The notes under the pieces: model-generated
What the model saw: only the letters and a program-made list of their open reading frames with translations
Told to the model about the DNA's origin: nothing
The model's database searches: none
Program-made: the position numbers and the translations under genes
Shown here: piece after piece, positions 56,510 through 64,000 of the stretch
Numbering within the stretch: the first letter of the stretch is position 1
How the letters are laid out: each line of letters opens with the position of its first letter
Assembly (NCBI GenBank): GCA_964429575.1
Contig: CAYSCX010000005.1
Span: 75,564-139,563, forward strand
Direction of reading: 5' to 3'
Length of the DNA stretch: 64,000 nucleotides
Source: an uncultured Candidatus Binatia bacterium
GTDB lineage: Bacteria; Desulfobacterota; Binatia; Binatales; Binataceae

Positions 56510-57525
56510 GCGCCCAGTTCAAGCATCCGTTCCAGCGCTCGGCGCGCTCCATCGCGCACCTCGTCGGAAAGCGTGATCTCGAAGCGGAGGTTTTGCAGCG
56601 AATCGACCACCCCCGGTAGCGTGATCATCTTCATGTAGCGGCAGAGCTTGCACGCCTTGAAGAATCGCTTGTCGGGCAGCTCCATCAGCAGCCGGTCGGA
56701 AAGCCCGCACTCGGTCACCACCAGGAACTTGTCGGCATCGCTCTCGCGCGCGTAGCGGACCATCGCGGAAGTCGAGAGCACCGCATCGGCCAGCGCGAGC
56801 ACGTCGGTGCGGCACTCCGGATGGGCGAGCACCTTGATGCCGGGAATCGCGCGCTTAACGCGGTCAACTTCGGCGGCTGTTATTTGATGGTGGACGTAGC
56901 AATTCCCGTCCCACGAAATAATCTGCTTTCGCGTCTGCGACTGCACGTAATTCGCGAGGTTTTGATCGGGAACGAACAGCACATGCTCGGAGTCAATCGC
57001 CTCGACAATCTGAACCGCGTTCGCGGAGGTGCAGCACGCATCGGAGAGAGCTTTCACATCGGCCGTGCAGTTGACGTATGAAACCACCCGCAGGTCCGGG
57101 TAAATCGCCGCCAGCTCCGCCTTGCGCTCCGCGAGCGCGTCGGCCGTGACGCTGTCGGCGAGCGAGCAGCCGGCGCGCAGATCGGGCAGCAACACCATGC
57201 GTTCCGGATTGAAGACCTTCGCCGTCTCGGCCATGAAGTGCACGCCGCAGAAAACGATGACGTCGGCGTCGCGCACGTCGCGCGCCTTGCGTGCAAGCTC
57301 GAGCGAATCACCGATGAAGTCGGCGACTTCGAAAATCTCGGGCCGCTGATAGTTGTGGGCGAGCACCACGGCGCGGCGCGCACGTTTGAGTTCGTGGACC
57401 TCCGCGATCATCGCGGCGTACCGGTCGCAGGTGCCGAGGTCGTAGCCCGACTCGCCCAGCGCCGCGAGTTTCTCGTAGAGCGCGTGAGCGTCGATCGGGC
57501 TGGCGGCGGCGGTTGCTTGGTTCAC
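56506..57525 (-). CDS. nadA: quinolinate synthase A
   Basis: NadA triple-repeat fold motifs (…VLAHNYQ…, …FCGVHFMAETAKV…, …VHHQ…, …AHPEC…, Cys ligands). Start is GTG at 57525 preceded by GGAG. The track ORF continues further upstream through a non-homologous extension. Confidence 0.85.
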   Translation of the reverse strand: MNQATAAASPIDAHALYEKLAALGESGYDLGTCDRYAAMIAEVHELKRARRAVVLAHNYQRPEIFEVADFIGDSLELARKARDVRDADVIVFCGVHFMAETAKVFNPERMVLLPDLRAGCSLADSVTADALAERKAELAAIYPDLRVVSYVNCTADVKALSDACCTSANAVQIVEAIDSEHVLFVPDQNLANYVQSQTRKQIISWDGNCYVHHQITAAEVDRVKRAIPGIKVLAHPECRTDVLALADAVLSTSAMVRYARESDADKFLVVTECGLSDRLLMELPDKRFFKACKLCRYMKMITLPGVVDSLQNLRFEITLSDEVRDGARRALERMLELGA

Positions 57526-58006
57526 GGGGATGCTCCGCAGTGCAAACTTGCAGCTACTTTGCGTCGGATTGACACTTACTCTACCAACTTGGCGGCGGCC
57601 GATGCAAGGGAAAAGCGCGGCAGGCTGGTGCCGTTCCAACCCCGCCCCGGCCCTCACTTGGACTGGACTCTTTCTCTTTTAACAAACCCTCTCAGCTGGC
57701 GGTGCATACGCGAAGCTGCCGAGGTGCGCTTGTTTCAATAGCGGCTCGCTGCTGCGGCGGCACAATCGAAGTTGAGGCGCGGCGATGTACCAAAGACGGC
57801 GCGGCATTGTGGGACATCGCGGCTGCGGCACAGGAGCGGTTTGCACCCGTGCAAGGCGGGCGACCGCGTTAGGGCGGCCCAAGCGCGGCTCTACACGGAT
57901 AAGAGGAGCCTTCGCACCGGCGCTCTGTCGCACTTCTCTACACCATGTATCAAAAGCGCGACGGCACCTCGATTGCTGTGTAACCGATGGAAGGAAAATC
58001 TTGACA

Positions 58007-59824
58007 ATGCGTTATGTCCCGAATCAGGTCGCTTCACTGGGCTTCCAGAGCCGCCCAGACAACGCGCGGGTCTCGATGCGCGCGCTGGCCGCATTGGCGC
58101 TCGCGGTTCTTCTGCTGCCATCCGCTGAGCCCGCGCGCGCGGCCGGCGACGACTGGGCGCCGGACCGGCTCGTAGTTCAGGCGCGCGGCGGAGTGCCGCC
58201 AGATGTCGCGCAGAAAATCTTCGCGCGTCACGGCGCGGAGGTAATCGAAGAGATCCCCGAACTCAACACCTACGTGCTGCGCGTTCGTCCGTCGCAACTC
58301 AGCAAGGTCGAGGCGGGACTCTCAACCAGCCGTCATCTGAAGTCGATCGGCAAGGACTATCTGCGTTACCTGCAGACCACCGCGCCGAACGACTACTGGT
58401 ATCCGGGACAGTGGCACCTTGCGAAGATTCAGGCCCCGCAGGCGTGGGACTACACGGTCGGAAGTTCCGAAATCGTGATCGCGGTGGTCGATAGCGGCGT
58501 GACCCCAGTGCCGGACCTCGCCTCGAAGCTGCTCGCCGGCGTGAATCTGATCGACGCGGGCGATACCAGCGATGGCCTCAATCACGGCACCCCGGTTGCG
58601 GGTGTTGCCGCGGCGGCGACCAACAATGCCACGGGCGTCGCGGGGGTGAACTGGGCGAGCAACGTTCTGCCGGTTAAGATTTACAGCAGCTCGGGCGCGA
58701 CGACCTGCTCGGCGGTCGTCAGTGGCATCAAATGGGCGGCTGATCACGGCGCCAAAGTGATCAACATGAGCTTTGGCGGCGCCAGCCCGTGTGCCGGCGA
58801 GTCGAGCGCGATCGACTACGCCTGGAACAAGGGCGCAGTGCTGGTTGCGGCGGCGGGAAATGAGGCATCGACAACGCCCACTTACCCCGCGGCCTACAAC
58901 AATGTGATCGCGGTTGCCGCCTCAAGGTCTGACGACACGCTGGATCCGAATTCGAACTCGGGCAGCTGGCTCAGCGTAGCCGCGCCCGGAGTGGGAATTT
59001 ACACGACCTACAACACCGGCAAGTACTCGGCCAGCGCAGGAACGTCGATCGCTGCGCCGGTCGTGTCTGGTCTCGCCGCCCTGGTACTCGCGGCCAATCC
59101 GACCCTCAGCAGCGCGCAGGTGAAGGCGCTCGTCGAAGACAACGCGGACGATCTTGGCGCGCCCGGCTTTGACAACACCTACGGATGGGGCAGGGTGAAC
59201 GCGTACAAGGCGGTGATGGCGGCCGGCGCAACTCCGCCGCCTGCCGCGGACACGATGCCACCGGTGACGTCGATCAGCTCACCCAACGACGCCACCAGCG
59301 TGTCGGGACTAACGACAGTCAACGTCTCAGCCAGCGACGACACCGGCGTGACGCGGGTCGAGCTTTACGTTGACGGCGCGGTGTTCGCCAGTGATCCGAC
59401 GGCGCCGCACTCCTTCGCGTGGGACACCTCCGTAGTCAATAACGGAACGCACAGCTTGGAGGCGGTCGCCTACGATGCGGCCGGCAACTCGGGAGACTCG
59501 AACCTGGTCAGCGTCACCGTGGACAACTCCGCGCCCGCGCCGGCGCCGCCGACGGTCGATATCAGCTCGCCGGTCAACGGAAGTTCGGTTACCGGCACGG
59601 TGAAGATCAAGGTGTCGGCGAACGGCAGCTCGACGATCAAGAAGATCGAAGCGTACGCGGACGGCAACCTCGTCGGTTCCAATGGGTGTACATCGACGTC
59701 GTGCTCGGCGACCTTTCGCTGGAATTCGAAGCCCGCAGCGGCTGGCCAGCACACGCTCAGCGCGAAGGCCTACGATGCGGCAGGGAACGTTGGCGCCAGC
59801 AGCGACGTCAACGTGTGGAAGTAA
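58007..59824 (+). CDS. secreted S8-family serine peptidase (subtilisin-like) with C-terminal Ig-like (Big/Cna-B-like) repeat domains
   Basis: Catalytic triad contexts (…AVVDSGV…, …NHGTPVAGVAAA…, …SAGTSIAAPVVSGLAAL…). Signal peptide …ALALAVLLLPSAEPARA. Two C-terminal repeats of about 90 aa each (…VDGAVFAS…FAWDT… and …ADGNLVGS…FRWNS…). Start is ATG at 58007 or 58076. Confidence 0.85.
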   Translation: MRYVPNQVASLGFQSRPDNARVSMRALAALALAVLLLPSAEPARAAGDDWAPDRLVVQARGGVPPDVAQKIFARHGAEVIEEIPELNTYVLRVRPSQLSKVEAGLSTSRHLKSIGKDYLRYLQTTAPNDYWYPGQWHLAKIQAPQAWDYTVGSSEIVIAVVDSGVTPVPDLASKLLAGVNLIDAGDTSDGLNHGTPVAGVAAAATNNATGVAGVNWASNVLPVKIYSSSGATTCSAVVSGIKWAADHGAKVINMSFGGASPCAGESSAIDYAWNKGAVLVAAAGNEASTTPTYPAAYNNVIAVAASRSDDTLDPNSNSGSWLSVAAPGVGIYTTYNTGKYSASAGTSIAAPVVSGLAALVLAANPTLSSAQVKALVEDNADDLGAPGFDNTYGWGRVNAYKAVMAAGATPPPAADTMPPVTSISSPNDATSVSGLTTVNVSASDDTGVTRVELYVDGAVFASDPTAPHSFAWDTSVVNNGTHSLEAVAYDAAGNSGDSNLVSVTVDNSAPAPAPPTVDISSPVNGSSVTGTVKIKVSANGSSTIKKIEAYADGNLVGSNGCTSTSCSATFRWNSKPAAAGQHTLSAKAYDAAGNVGASSDVNVWK

Positions 59825-59932
59825 CCGGGCGCGCCGCAAAAGCGCGCCGCACCAAATGAGAAGGGCCGCGGGTTTCTAACCGGCGGCCCTTCGTCGTTTC
59901 AGAGCCGTCCTCCCAGATGCCTCACCCTGCAA

Positions 59933-61882
59933 TTAAGGCCCGCAGGTTGCTCCGAAGTCTGGACACGCCACCACGAAGTTCTGGTTGTTGTTGGCCGCAT
60001 CCAAGGCGTTTTTCTTGAAGCCCTGGCAGGCGCGTTCGGGATCGCCGCTTGGCGTAGATCCATCCGCGCACAGCTCAGAGTTCGCGTCGCTCATCAGGTC
60101 GTTGATGCTGATGAAGCCGTTCACGAGCCCGGGCACACTGCAGCCGCCCGGCGGCGTGCCCGCAAAAATGGTTGCAGCTCCGTTTGCGAAGCCCGGCTCG
60201 AGCGTGTTGAGCTTCATCGCGGCGAGCTGCGCCGACAGCATGTAAGACATATTGACCGCGTTCGCGCTCAGCAGCCAGTTCTTGATCTGGCCGTTCGTGG
60301 TCGGGTTGAAGCCAACGCCGGCTCCATTCACCAAGCACAGGGCGCTGAGCACCGCACGGTCGGCGCCACTAATCCGGGTCTGGCCGTTCTTGTTCGACCA
60401 AAAGCCCAGGGTGTGACCGCCGCCCGCGCCCAGACAGGCATTCTGGAAGTTGCAGGTCTCGGAATCGCCTGCGCAGTCCTCTTCATCGACCGCAAGCGCG
60501 AGGTTCGGACACGAATTCGGGCCGCTCGGCACAGTGTTGGGTGGCGGGGTTTCGGTGACCGTGTATCTGCCTGGCAGCAGGTCATTGAACAAGTAGCTGC
60601 CGCTGGCGCGCGTAATCGCGCACTGAGGCGTAAACGGCGCTCCACTCGCGAGTGTCCCGGCCAGTGTGACCTTCACACCACCGATTCCATTGGTGGGGTC
60701 GTTCACATCGGTCTTGGTGCCCGCGATGGAACTCAATCCAACGTTGCCGAAGTCAACGTTATGGATGTCAGCGCCCATGATCGTGATCGAAGCGGTGGTG
60801 GACGGGTTCGGCACGCAGAAGTTACCGGTCCCCAGACATTCGGAGTTGTTAACGCACGCTGCTGCGCCGATCGAACAGGTGCCGCACGCGCCGTCCGTGC
60901 AGGTGCCGGAGTGGCCGAAGTCCGCAAGCAGCACTTCGCTGACGTCGTAAGTACCGGGGTCAAGGCTGGCGCAGGTTAGGAAGCCACCACCCGCGGTTAG
61001 GCCGCTGCAGGTATTCGGATCGGGAGCGAAGTTGATTTGCCAGTTGTCGAGGCCGAACAAGAGTTCGTCAGGATCGAGCAATCCGTTGGCGTTCGCATCG
61101 CAGAACTTGAAGACGTCGATTTCACCCTCTAGCTCGGGTGGCAGCTCGCTGGCTTTGACACGGAAGTTGTCGGTCTTGGTGTCGCCAGTCACGAAACCGA
61201 AATTCCCGCCACAACCGATTCCCGTGGTTTCGGGGTCGCAGCCGTCGGCCAGTTTATCTACCGGCGTGATCCAGGCCTTGTAAACACCGCCGGGGTTCGG
61301 AGTGTCGTCGAAGGGAAAGAGCTGGACGCTGATTTGGTCCGAGTAGGTTCCCACGCATGGTCCGGTGCCCGAGTTGTGCGGACCGTCGGTCGGGGTGAGC
61401 GCGCATGCGACGGGCGCATTCACGGTGCAGCCGGCTTCTGGGACGTAGCCGGAGATCACACCCTGCGCATTGACGTGTATCTTGCGACACTTGAGCGGGT
61501 CGGTGCTAAGCAGAGCGGCTCCGCTGGGATCGGTGACCTGGAAATAGTAGTCGGTGTTAGCGGGCGCGAGAGTATTGGAATTGCCGCATGCGTTGCCCTG
61601 CGGGCCGCCAGTCAAGTACACGGCGCGCTTGTCATCGTACAGGTTTGCGTTGACCGTGGTGCCGTCGCAAACCGAAGTCTGTATTGCGCCGGTCACCGCC
61701 GCGGCGGAGACTGGAGTAAGGCTAACCATTGCTACGGCCACCGCCAGGACGCTGGCGGACAGTCCCACCGGCGCGATCGCCAGTGCTACCGCCGCTGGAA
61801 TGATTTGAATTCCCCCAAGGATCCTATTCCCCACCGGCCTCTTCGCCCCCCGCGCTATCGACCTGCTTGCCACATGCCGCAC
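59933..61882 (-). CDS. large secreted Cys-rich protein with an SdrD-B/Cna-B-like (prealbumin-fold) domain, a putative surface or adhesin-like protein
   Basis: 649 aa with an N-terminal hydrophobic signal/anchor. It has more than 40 Cys arranged in pairs (CDGT…, CGGNFG…, CTDGACGTCS…). A central …GSYLFNDLLPGRYTVTETPPPN… segment is typical of SdrD B-like/Cna-B domains. Confidence 0.6.
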   Translation of the reverse strand: MRHVASRSIARGAKRPVGNRILGGIQIIPAAVALAIAPVGLSASVLAVAVAMVSLTPVSAAAVTGAIQTSVCDGTTVNANLYDDKRAVYLTGGPQGNACGNSNTLAPANTDYYFQVTDPSGAALLSTDPLKCRKIHVNAQGVISGYVPEAGCTVNAPVACALTPTDGPHNSGTGPCVGTYSDQISVQLFPFDDTPNPGGVYKAWITPVDKLADGCDPETTGIGCGGNFGFVTGDTKTDNFRVKASELPPELEGEIDVFKFCDANANGLLDPDELLFGLDNWQINFAPDPNTCSGLTAGGGFLTCASLDPGTYDVSEVLLADFGHSGTCTDGACGTCSIGAAACVNNSECLGTGNFCVPNPSTTASITIMGADIHNVDFGNVGLSSIAGTKTDVNDPTNGIGGVKVTLAGTLASGAPFTPQCAITRASGSYLFNDLLPGRYTVTETPPPNTVPSGPNSCPNLALAVDEEDCAGDSETCNFQNACLGAGGGHTLGFWSNKNGQTRISGADRAVLSALCLVNGAGVGFNPTTNGQIKNWLLSANAVNMSYMLSAQLAAMKLNTLEPGFANGAATIFAGTPPGGCSVPGLVNGFISINDLMSDANSELCADGSTPSGDPERACQGFKKNALDAANNNQNFVVACPDFGATCGP

Positions 61883-62378
61883 GAAACCCTCCTCTCTTCC
61901 TTCCTACCTACTTGGCAACCTATGTCTAGCTTCCGGCTGTTTTGTATCGGCTAGTGCTTTACACTGAAATGTCATACGGCTACTGTTACTCGTATGTAGT
62001 CATCAGTCTCATCAATCCACCGAGCTCACGTTCTGTCTAGTCTGTGATGGGCTGTGCGGGCTCGCTCTAGTACGCGCTTGGTATTGCGATGCATACTGAA
62101 TTCTTCCTTGCACCGTGGAATTGTCTGTCCTGGTCTGGCCGTTGAGACGGGACGGGGCGCCAAAATCATGGCGCATGGGCACGGACCGGATCGGCGGAAA
62201 TAGCGGTGAAATCGTTGAGATCGGCATCGTAAGCCTCGCCCGACCTGCAACGCGCGTGCCGTTATGAGACAGAGAGTCCGTTTATCGGGCAGACGACGAT
62301 TGGACCGCACGCGACCGCGTGCAAGTGATGATGATAGGCTTGTAAGGCGTGCAATGGCGCGAATGAGGAGTGACAGCC

Positions 62379-63527
62379 ATGGCCGAGACGTTTGATCATG
62401 ACATCGTCGATGCAGTGCGACGATTTGTGGAACGCGACGTAATCCCGGTGGCGTCCGAATTCGAGCACCGTGACGAATACCCGCACGCCCTGGTCGCGAC
62501 GATGCGCGAACTGGGACTTTTCGGCGCCACCATTCCCGCTGAATACGGCGGGCTGGGACTCAGCTTCGAGACTTACGCGCGAATAATGGAGGAGCTGTCG
62601 CGCGGCTGGATGAGTTTGGCGGGAGTAATCAACTCGCATCTCATCATGGCCTACATCATTAGTCATCACGGGACCTCCGAACAGAAGAGCTATTTCCTGC
62701 CCGCGATGGCACACGGCGAGAAGCGTGGAGGACTCGCATTGACCGAGCCGCACGCCGGTTCCGACGTTCAGGCGATTCGCACCACCGCCGTGCGCAAGGG
62801 CGACAACTATGCGCTCTCGGGCAGCAAGATGTTCATCACCAATGCGCGCCACGGGACCATGCTCGCGGTCGCGGCCAAAACCAATCCAGCAGCCCAGCCA
62901 GCCTACGCGGGAATCAGCATGTTCGCGGTCGAAAAGAGCGATCGCGGGCCGACCGTCAGCGCCAACCTGAAGAAACTTGGATACAAGGGAATCGACACGT
63001 GCGAGGTTGTGTTCGACGAACTCGCAGTTCCCGCGGCGCACATGATTGGCGGGCGCGAAGGGGAGGGCTTCAAACAGGTGATGAGCGCGCTCGAGGTCGG
63101 ACGCATCAACGTCGCGGCGCGCGCGGTGGGCGTCGCGCAGGCTGCATTCGAGAGCGCGATTCGATATTCGCAGCAGCGCACCGCGTTCGGAAAGCCGATC
63201 TGCCAGCACCAGGCGGTGCAGCTGATGTTGGCCGACATGGCGACCCGCATCGAGGCGGCGCGGCTGCTGGTTACCAGTGCTGCTCAGAAGAAGGACCGCA
63301 ACGAGCGTTGCGATGTCGAGGCGGGGATGGCGAAGTTGTTCGCGTCGGAGGCCTGCGCGAAGATTTCGCTGGACGCGATGCGGGTGCTCGGCGGCTACGG
63401 CTTCATGGCCGATTTTCCGGTCGAGAGGTTCTACCGCGATGCGCCGCTCATGATGATCGGCGAGGGCACCAACGAAATTCAGGCGCTGGTTATCGCGCGC
63501 GGACTATTGCAGCGCTACGCGCTCTAA
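62379..63527 (+). CDS. acyl-CoA dehydrogenase
   Basis: ACAD three-domain pattern (…GGLGLSF…, …ALTEPHAGSDV…, …KMFITNA…, C-terminal …EGTNEIQ… with the catalytic Glu region). ATG at 62379 with a GAGGAG SD. Confidence 0.9.
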   Translation: MAETFDHDIVDAVRRFVERDVIPVASEFEHRDEYPHALVATMRELGLFGATIPAEYGGLGLSFETYARIMEELSRGWMSLAGVINSHLIMAYIISHHGTSEQKSYFLPAMAHGEKRGGLALTEPHAGSDVQAIRTTAVRKGDNYALSGSKMFITNARHGTMLAVAAKTNPAAQPAYAGISMFAVEKSDRGPTVSANLKKLGYKGIDTCEVVFDELAVPAAHMIGGREGEGFKQVMSALEVGRINVAARAVGVAQAAFESAIRYSQQRTAFGKPICQHQAVQLMLADMATRIEAARLLVTSAAQKKDRNERCDVEAGMAKLFASEACAKISLDAMRVLGGYGFMADFPVERFYRDAPLMMIGEGTNEIQALVIARGLLQRYAL

Positions 63528-63561
63528 CGGACGCAAGCAGGTATCCCGATTGAAATCGCGC

Positions 63562-64000
63562 TCAGCTTCGCGCCAACTCGTACAGCGCCTGTGCGCAGGC
63601 GGCCGGCTGCGTGAACATCACCTCATGCCCGCACTTGATGAACTTGAGCGCGGGGTTCCTGAGCCGGCTTGAGAAGTGCGGATGCCACCCGGGTACGTTG
63701 GGTACCGGCGTAGCATCGTCCTCGCAGACCAGGTACGCGGTAGCCACGCCAGATTCGTGGAACGCCTTCATCGGAATCGACGCCATCATCGGTCCGGTCG
63801 GTTGTGGGCACAGCGCCGCATCGATCCATCGCCGCATCTCGGCGGGTACGTCGTTCATCAAGCCCGCATAGAAGTCCGGGCCCATCGCTTCGACCGGAAC
63901 GCACTTGTCGATGCGCGCAAGCGCGGCCTCGACCATCGGCCGCGTGCGCGGATCGTCCGGGTCGATCAGGCGCTCTCCGTCGAGCGGGACGATTGCACTG
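63562..64000 (-). CDS. alpha/beta-fold hydrolase, 3' portion. The 5' end lies beyond the window.
   Basis: The minus-strand frame stays open to the window edge. The C-terminal region has the …VCEDDATPVP… and …KCGHEVMFTQPAA… context (catalytic His region) of alpha/beta hydrolases. Confidence 0.55.
   Translation of the reverse strand, partial: SAIVPLDGERLIDPDDPRTRPMVEAALARIDKCVPVEAMGPDFYAGLMNDVPAEMRRWIDAALCPQPTGPMMASIPMKAFHESGVATAYLVCEDDATPVPNVPGWHPHFSSRLRNPALKFIKCGHEVMFTQPAACAQALYELARS

Noticed and set aside
1-64000. Mobile genetic element / prophage / integron content
   Set aside because: No transposase, integrase, recombinase, phage structural or conjugation gene motifs were found on either strand. 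The tRNAs are not followed by integrase genes.

Overview
This is a high-GC (about 65-68%) bacterial chromosomal segment with no rRNA, CRISPR array, transposase or integrase. The style resembles a soil Acidobacteria- or Myxococcota-like genome. CDS coordinates follow the ORF-track convention, so the stop codon is included.

Gene content, in order:
- tRNA-Gly(GCC), followed by a GFA-family enzyme and an outer-membrane beta-barrel-like protein whose 5' end looks frameshifted.
- A SOS-response-associated peptidase (YedK/SRAP) with a perfect palindrome immediately upstream, followed by a P2-type cation ATPase with a divergent UspA.
- A translationally coupled respiratory block at 7.0-13.2 kb. It holds a caa3-type cytochrome c oxidase (subunits II with fused cyt c, I, III, assembly factor CtaG and a small membrane ORF) plus a bc-complex Rieske protein and a cytochrome b-cytochrome c fusion.
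- A dense signalling island at 13.8-22.4 kb. It holds two paralogous hybrid kinases (HK-pseudoREC-REC-Hpt), a CHASE3-PAS-PAS kinase, a CheY-like regulator and a pseudoREC-REC regulator.
- tRNA-Cys(GCA) and a small secreted protein, embedded in a family of short palindromic intergenic repeats.
- A four-gene minus-strand cluster: an acyl-CoA (methylmalonyl-type) mutase, an ArsA-like ATPase, FabH and FabF.
- A pentose-phosphate operon (tkt, a fused transaldolase/glucose-6-phosphate isomerase, pgl).
- A coupled run of AsmA-family protein, DUF2064 glycosyltransferase-like protein, glutaredoxin-like protein and CutA, then hisC, pth and tyrS.
- An XRE-family repressor co-transcribed with an ImmA/IrrE metallopeptidase. 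They face an uncharacterised 228-aa protein across an AT-rich, operator-like intergenic region.
- mlaE-mlaF-(structured repeat)-mlaD plus a lipoprotein, then an NtrC-type two-component pair, a PCYCGC-motif protein, NrtR-nadA, an S8 subtilase convergent with a large Cys-rich secreted protein, an acyl-CoA dehydrogenase and a partial alpha/beta hydrolase.

The most unusual content is the XRE/ImmA-controlled orphan gene, a mosaic family of palindromic intergenic repeats (13.2, 22.4, 22.85 and 23.5 kb) and a nested inverted-repeat element inside the mla operon. All calls rest on motif-level reading of the translated ORFs. No database search was possible.
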